A stretch of DNA of 63,995 nucleotides, filler included, from Aduncisulcus paluster (taxonomy: Eukaryota), in NCBI GenBank assembly GCA_024181965.1. It is 5 parts of 5 records of this genome, joined end to end, with 100 filler letters (N's around TTAATTAATTAA, not from the genome) between each part and the next. Parts side by side here need not be neighbours in the genome. Positions count along the whole stretch, not along the records: positions 58,087 to 62,776 come from BQXS01009703.1; positions 62,877 to 63,995 come from BQXS01009791.1; 3 more parts are not named here. The stretch is one strand, 5' to 3'. The notes beneath the pieces are model-generated. The model saw only the letters and a program-made list of their open reading frames with translations, did not search any database and was not told the origin of the DNA. Made by a program: the position numbers and the translations under genes. Below are positions 60,344 to 63,995 of this stretch, in pieces. The first letter of the stretch is position 1. Each line of letters starts with the position of its first letter.

Positions 60344-60564
60344 AAACACAAAATCGCATTTTTTACGTTTTTATTTTAGCCCTATGGTTCAATAATAAAA
60401 TAACAAATAATTAATATCGCACGATCTTATAATATGCCGTTAATATTATATAAAAGATTTTCTTAACTCCCAGGATGTTCGTCATTTTTGGACACACTCA
60501 GGTAAAAGGATATTTCCGAAAATTTTGAATAAAATAATATAAATAATAGTAATATATTCTAAAT

Positions 60565-61620
60565 ATGTTAAATGTAAATTTATTTCCGTCTTTGACCAAA
60601 TTGTGTTTACTTGGCGTCTATTTCCTTTTTTCTTTGCAATATAAGCAAGTCAGAATGGATGATATGCGTTATTATGCCCATATAAGGATAATTATGGATA
60701 AACTGGGGTTTATGTCGTTTAGTGGGGTGAGACCTTTCCTCCAGAAGTTCAACATTCTCAAACCTGCACGTCAGAATGTTGAGGACTCCTTGGCGGCTAT
60801 TAAGCCGGAGGACATGGTTATAATGCACCTGTTTGGCCATACGATTATGAAGAAGCATTCCGTTGTTCGTTTACAGATTAAAAGAATGAGTGTTGAATCG
60901 GCCAAGGTATTGTTGTCTGCCCCTTTCGATTATTACTCGCCTCTGGTTTCTGTCCTTGATACCTACATTAAGAATCCTGCTATGTTAGCGAAATACATAA
61001 TTTTCCCTTCTTTAAAAGCCCTCTCTGAAGGTAGAAAGGCCTCTTTCCCAATTTCTTCTTCCGAATTTGGCGGGAAAGGATATCCGTGGTATGTTAAGGA
61101 AAGTCCTATCTCAGGGATGGGAGTATTTGCCAACCGTATTATTCTCAAAGGAGAAATCATCGGAGAATACTGGGGACGCGAACTTGTTCCTTCCATGGGA
61201 TCCCAGATGCTTCAATCCGCGAGTCATTATGTATTTCAGCTGGATAATGGGAAATTGATTGATGCAAAGGATTGTGAATGTGGAATGAAATATGTTAATC
61301 ACTCTTGTGAGCCGAATACGTATTCCATAAGTCTAGAGTCTTCTGCTCTCTACAGGGCTTTGAAACCAATAGCTGAGGGCACTGAGATTCTGATTGACTA
61401 CTGTCACGATGTTGACATAGCCGTGGATCTGATTCCTTGTAAATGCGGTTCAACTTCTTGTCGTAAATATACGTCCCCTCTAGCGGTATCCGAAAAAGTG
61501 ATGGCTGAATCATCAGTGGTTCACAGACCATTGAAGAAGAAAAGAATAGCGTATCATAAAAGAATTTTGGGTAAACAGATCGCTACTCACGGAAAGCGTC
61601 GCTTCTCGCAAAAGAAATAA
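60565..61620 (+). CDS. SET + post-SET domain lysine methyltransferase
   Basis: SPISGMGVFA, GEIIGEYWG, YVF..IDA, YVNHSCEPN, GTEILIDY, post-SET CKCGSTSCR and a basic NLS-like tail (PLKKKR; KRRFSQKK). The start could be 60565 or a downstream ATG. Confidence 0.92.
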   Translation: MLNVNLFPSLTKLCLLGVYFLFSLQYKQVRMDDMRYYAHIRIIMDKLGFMSFSGVRPFLQKFNILKPARQNVEDSLAAIKPEDMVIMHLFGHTIMKKHSVVRLQIKRMSVESAKVLLSAPFDYYSPLVSVLDTYIKNPAMLAKYIIFPSLKALSEGRKASFPISSSEFGGKGYPWYVKESPISGMGVFANRIILKGEIIGEYWGRELVPSMGSQMLQSASHYVFQLDNGKLIDAKDCECGMKYVNHSCEPNTYSISLESSALYRALKPIAEGTEILIDYCHDVDIAVDLIPCKCGSTSCRKYTSPLAVSEKVMAESSVVHRPLKKKRIAYHKRILGKQIATHGKRRFSQKK

Positions 61621-61651
61621 TAAATTTTTAATACACAAGAAATAAAATCTA

Positions 61652-62405
61652 TACCCCACGATATTATTATATATAATATAATATTATTATATATAATATA
61701 TAAACATACTATGCCTTTTATATTTATTATATTGTATATGTGGGGTAACCCTTTAGTTTACGATTTCCACATTTTTCAGATGTTCTGGACAGAGCCTTGC
61801 TGAGCGATGGGATACCCCATTAAATATTATTATATATAATCAATACTTCCATTGTAGTTTCTATATATGCAATTATCATTTGGGGTAACTTTACAATTTC
61901 GGATATAATATTTTTATCGTGATATCCGAAATGAAAAGTTGATTACCCATCGAATTTACTAAAAGGCAGAACCGAAAATTATTTCGGTTTTCCTCATATG
62001 TATGAAATGTAAGATATTTCGGTTTTCAATTTTGAAAACCATTTGGTTTCATTTTTTAAAACCAAAATGAAAAGGATAATTTTATTCCCAAAGGACCAAA
62101 TTGTGAATATATTATATTATATTTCTTAAATTATGTTTATGACTATGTCATTTCAGAGATAGTTTTTCCCAAAAGTATGACAAAAAACAAATAAAAGTAT
62201 TACCAAAGTATTACCATATAGATAATATAATACCACTATTTTTAATGGTATTACTTATGGTATTACCATGGTATTACTTTAAGGTATTACCACAATAATA
62301 CCATTATTTTTTAATGGTAATACCATGGTAATACATTAAGAAATACCATTATTTTTAGTGGTATTACCATAAAAAATTTCTGTAATGGTATTACCATGGT
62401 AATAC
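61652..62405. repeat. AT-rich array of palindromes and short repeats in both orientations
   Basis: Two units bounded by TACCCCA..TGGGGTA (61652-61747, 61813-61887); ATTTCGGATAT/ATATCCGAAAT (61896-61932); GGTTTTCAA-TT-TTGAAAACC (62021-62040); many GTATTAC/GTAATAC copies at 62197-62405, ending in the perfect 18-bp palindrome GTATTACCATGGTAATAC. Confidence 0.85.
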
Positions 62406-62423
62406 TCTTACACGGAACGCTAG

Positions 62424-62776
62424 TGGGGAGGACCATACTTGGTGTTGAATCATTTTGCTAAAACCAATACTGTGGAATTCAGAGACCTTGTGACAGGAGC
62501 AGTTCAGAGAGTGCCTGCAGTGAGGTTGATTCCTTTTGATGATTCGAGACTCTTTACTAAAGAACTTAAACAGCTGACAGAACTTGACAGTACGGAATAC
62601 GTTGTAGAAGAAATTTTGGGACACACCTACACGAGGAACGGCCGCCTCGCGGAGAGGGACAGATATGAATTTGAGGTTAAGTGGCTGGGTTTTGCGAAAC
62701 CCACCGTGGGTTCATTGTGACAATGGAGACATACAATTCTATTGTGTTCACGAAACCATTCAGGACATACTGCACC
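62424..62776 (+). pseudogene. C-terminal remnant of a retroviral-type integrase: GPY/F motif + chromodomain
   Basis: After an in-frame TAG: WGGPYLVL...VQRVPAVRLIPF, then EYVVEEILGH..YEFEVKWLGF..PT. The chromodomain W (PT-WVH) is restored by a 1-nt frameshift near 62707. Confidence 0.75.
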
Positions 62777-62876
62777 NNNNNNNNNNNNNNNNNNNNNNNN
62801 NNNNNNNNNNNNNNNNNNNNTTAATTAATTAANNNNNNNNNNNNNNNNNNNNNNNNNNNNNNNNNNNNNNNNNNNN
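62777..62876. other. Artificial scaffold linker
   Basis: N44-TTAATTAATTAA-N44. Confidence 0.98.
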
Positions 62877-63825
62877 TTTTAATAAACACATAAAATGATT
62901 TATTAAAAATAAATAGTAAAAAACTCAAAACTAAAACACCAAGTGTAATTCTTAATAAAACATAATGAAAAGTTCTAAACTCTTTTAAACGAATTCGTAA
63001 ACTGTGAATAAATAACTTTACCATAATTGGAATTGCTATAACTACAAATGGTGCAAAATCATCTATAGCAATTTTTTGTCTTAAAGAAAACACAAGAGAT
63101 AACCCTAATGCTGTCATAGATATATACCAATATAGATCTTTTTCCCTTTTAATACCAGTACGATATAAAGCATAAAAAAAGTATAAAAATAAAACTGGTG
63201 AAAAGATTGTTGCATAAATAGCAAAAGTATCTAATAAATATCCTCTAGGTGAACCATTAACACTAAATCCATACATACTCATTGATAGTCCAAATAGTAT
63301 CAAGGATACGACTAATAATGTATTGTCTTTTTTATTTATCGAGTAGAAAAATAGTGCTAAAAATAAAATAGCAAAAGAGTTATCTATAAACAAAAATAGT
63401 ACCAAAAGTATATAGTATTCTTTCTCTTTTAACTTGTATAAATATAAATATAATAATGTTCCAAAAACTACAATTATTGATTCATTTACTAAAAGTGCTG
63501 CACTATTGATACCAGGAAGTAACATAAAAATCATGATACTTATAAATCTATCTCTTTGTAGTCTAAAATAATTATCTGTTAAAAGATACAATAAAATAGC
63601 ACTTCCAATATAAAATAAAACAAAAGGTATACGCAAAGAGTAGTCATTTTCTCCAAATAACGAAGTAGAAAAATTTGTAAGAAGTGTTAAAACATTTAAA
63701 CTATCTGAAAAATAGATAGTAGCTTCTTTTGCAGATATACTGTAATTATCAATTACAAATAACAATACAGCTACATGAGCTAAGAGTAACCCAATAAAGC
63801 CAATATCATATTTACTGAGTTTCAT
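62877..63825 (-). CDS. Bacterial integral membrane protein, GT39/ArnT-like, Campylobacterota type; 3' truncated
   Basis: Highly hydrophobic. SISAKEA, FGENDYSLRIPF, LLPGINSAALLVN, LFIDNSFAILF, GSPRGYLLDT and FSPVLFLYFFY are typical of a conserved epsilonproteobacterial protein. Very low GC; operon-like 7-nt spacing from the upstream gene. Confidence 0.75.
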
Positions 63826-63832
63826 TTTAAAC

Positions 63833-63994
63833 CTATAATTTTAAGAAGTTATTTAACATTTCATGACCATATTCACTCATTACTGATTCAGGGTGAAATT
63901 GTACACCGTAGATATTTTTATCTTTAATTCGTAAAGACATAATCTCATCATCATCCAAGCTTTTAGAAGTTACAATAATATCTTTAGGTAGATT
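63833..63994 (-). CDS. Anthranilate/aminodeoxychorismate synthase component II (glutamine amidotransferase), C-terminal fragment
   Basis: Manual translation gives NLPKDIIVTSKSLDDDEIMSLRIKDKNIYGVQFHPESVMSEYGHEMLNNFLKL*, containing the TrpG/PabA GVQFHPES motif. Confidence 0.88.
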   Translation of the reverse strand, partial: NLPKDIIVTSKSLDDDEIMSLRIKDKNIYGVQFHPESVMSEYGHEMLNNFLKL

Positions 63995-63995
63995 A

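Noticed and set aside
62197-62405. CRISPR-like appearance of the GTATTACC repeats
   Set aside because: Repeats are too short, occur in both orientations with irregular spacing, lack unique spacers, and no cas genes are present.

Overview
This window is not a contiguous prokaryotic locus. It is five assembly scaffolds joined by artificial N44-TTAATTAATTAA-N44 linkers (26847-26946, 48274-48373, 57987-58086, 62777-62876). Scaffolds 1-3 come from a gene-dense, intron-poor, flagellated anaerobic eukaryote using the standard genetic code. The gene set suggests a free-living metamonad or fornicate, which is an inference. They encode a DFD-type AGC kinase, bacterial-type AdhE, a CCDC42/CFAP73-like protein, NPL4, a flavodiiron protein, an intron-containing lipoate ligase, a ~3,300-aa multi-PH/GRAM-like protein, a SAPS-like protein, PRP3, POP1, an orphan multi-pass membrane protein, dynein-2 heavy chain, a CDC23/APC8-like protein and an ABCD transporter. 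Scaffold 2 also holds a decayed transposon with a tRNA-like Pol III unit just inside one end. Scaffold 4 (58087-62776) is the best candidate for a novel system. It has a Plavaka/CMC-like transposase divergent from a SET/post-SET methyltransferase, with a long inverted repeat between them, followed by a dense palindrome array and a GPY+chromodomain integrase remnant. Scaffold 5 is bacterial (Campylobacterota/Arcobacter-like) and is probably a co-cultured partner or contaminant. Many apparent tandem duplications and frameshifts are assembly artefacts. All protein family calls come from recalled motifs, not database searches.
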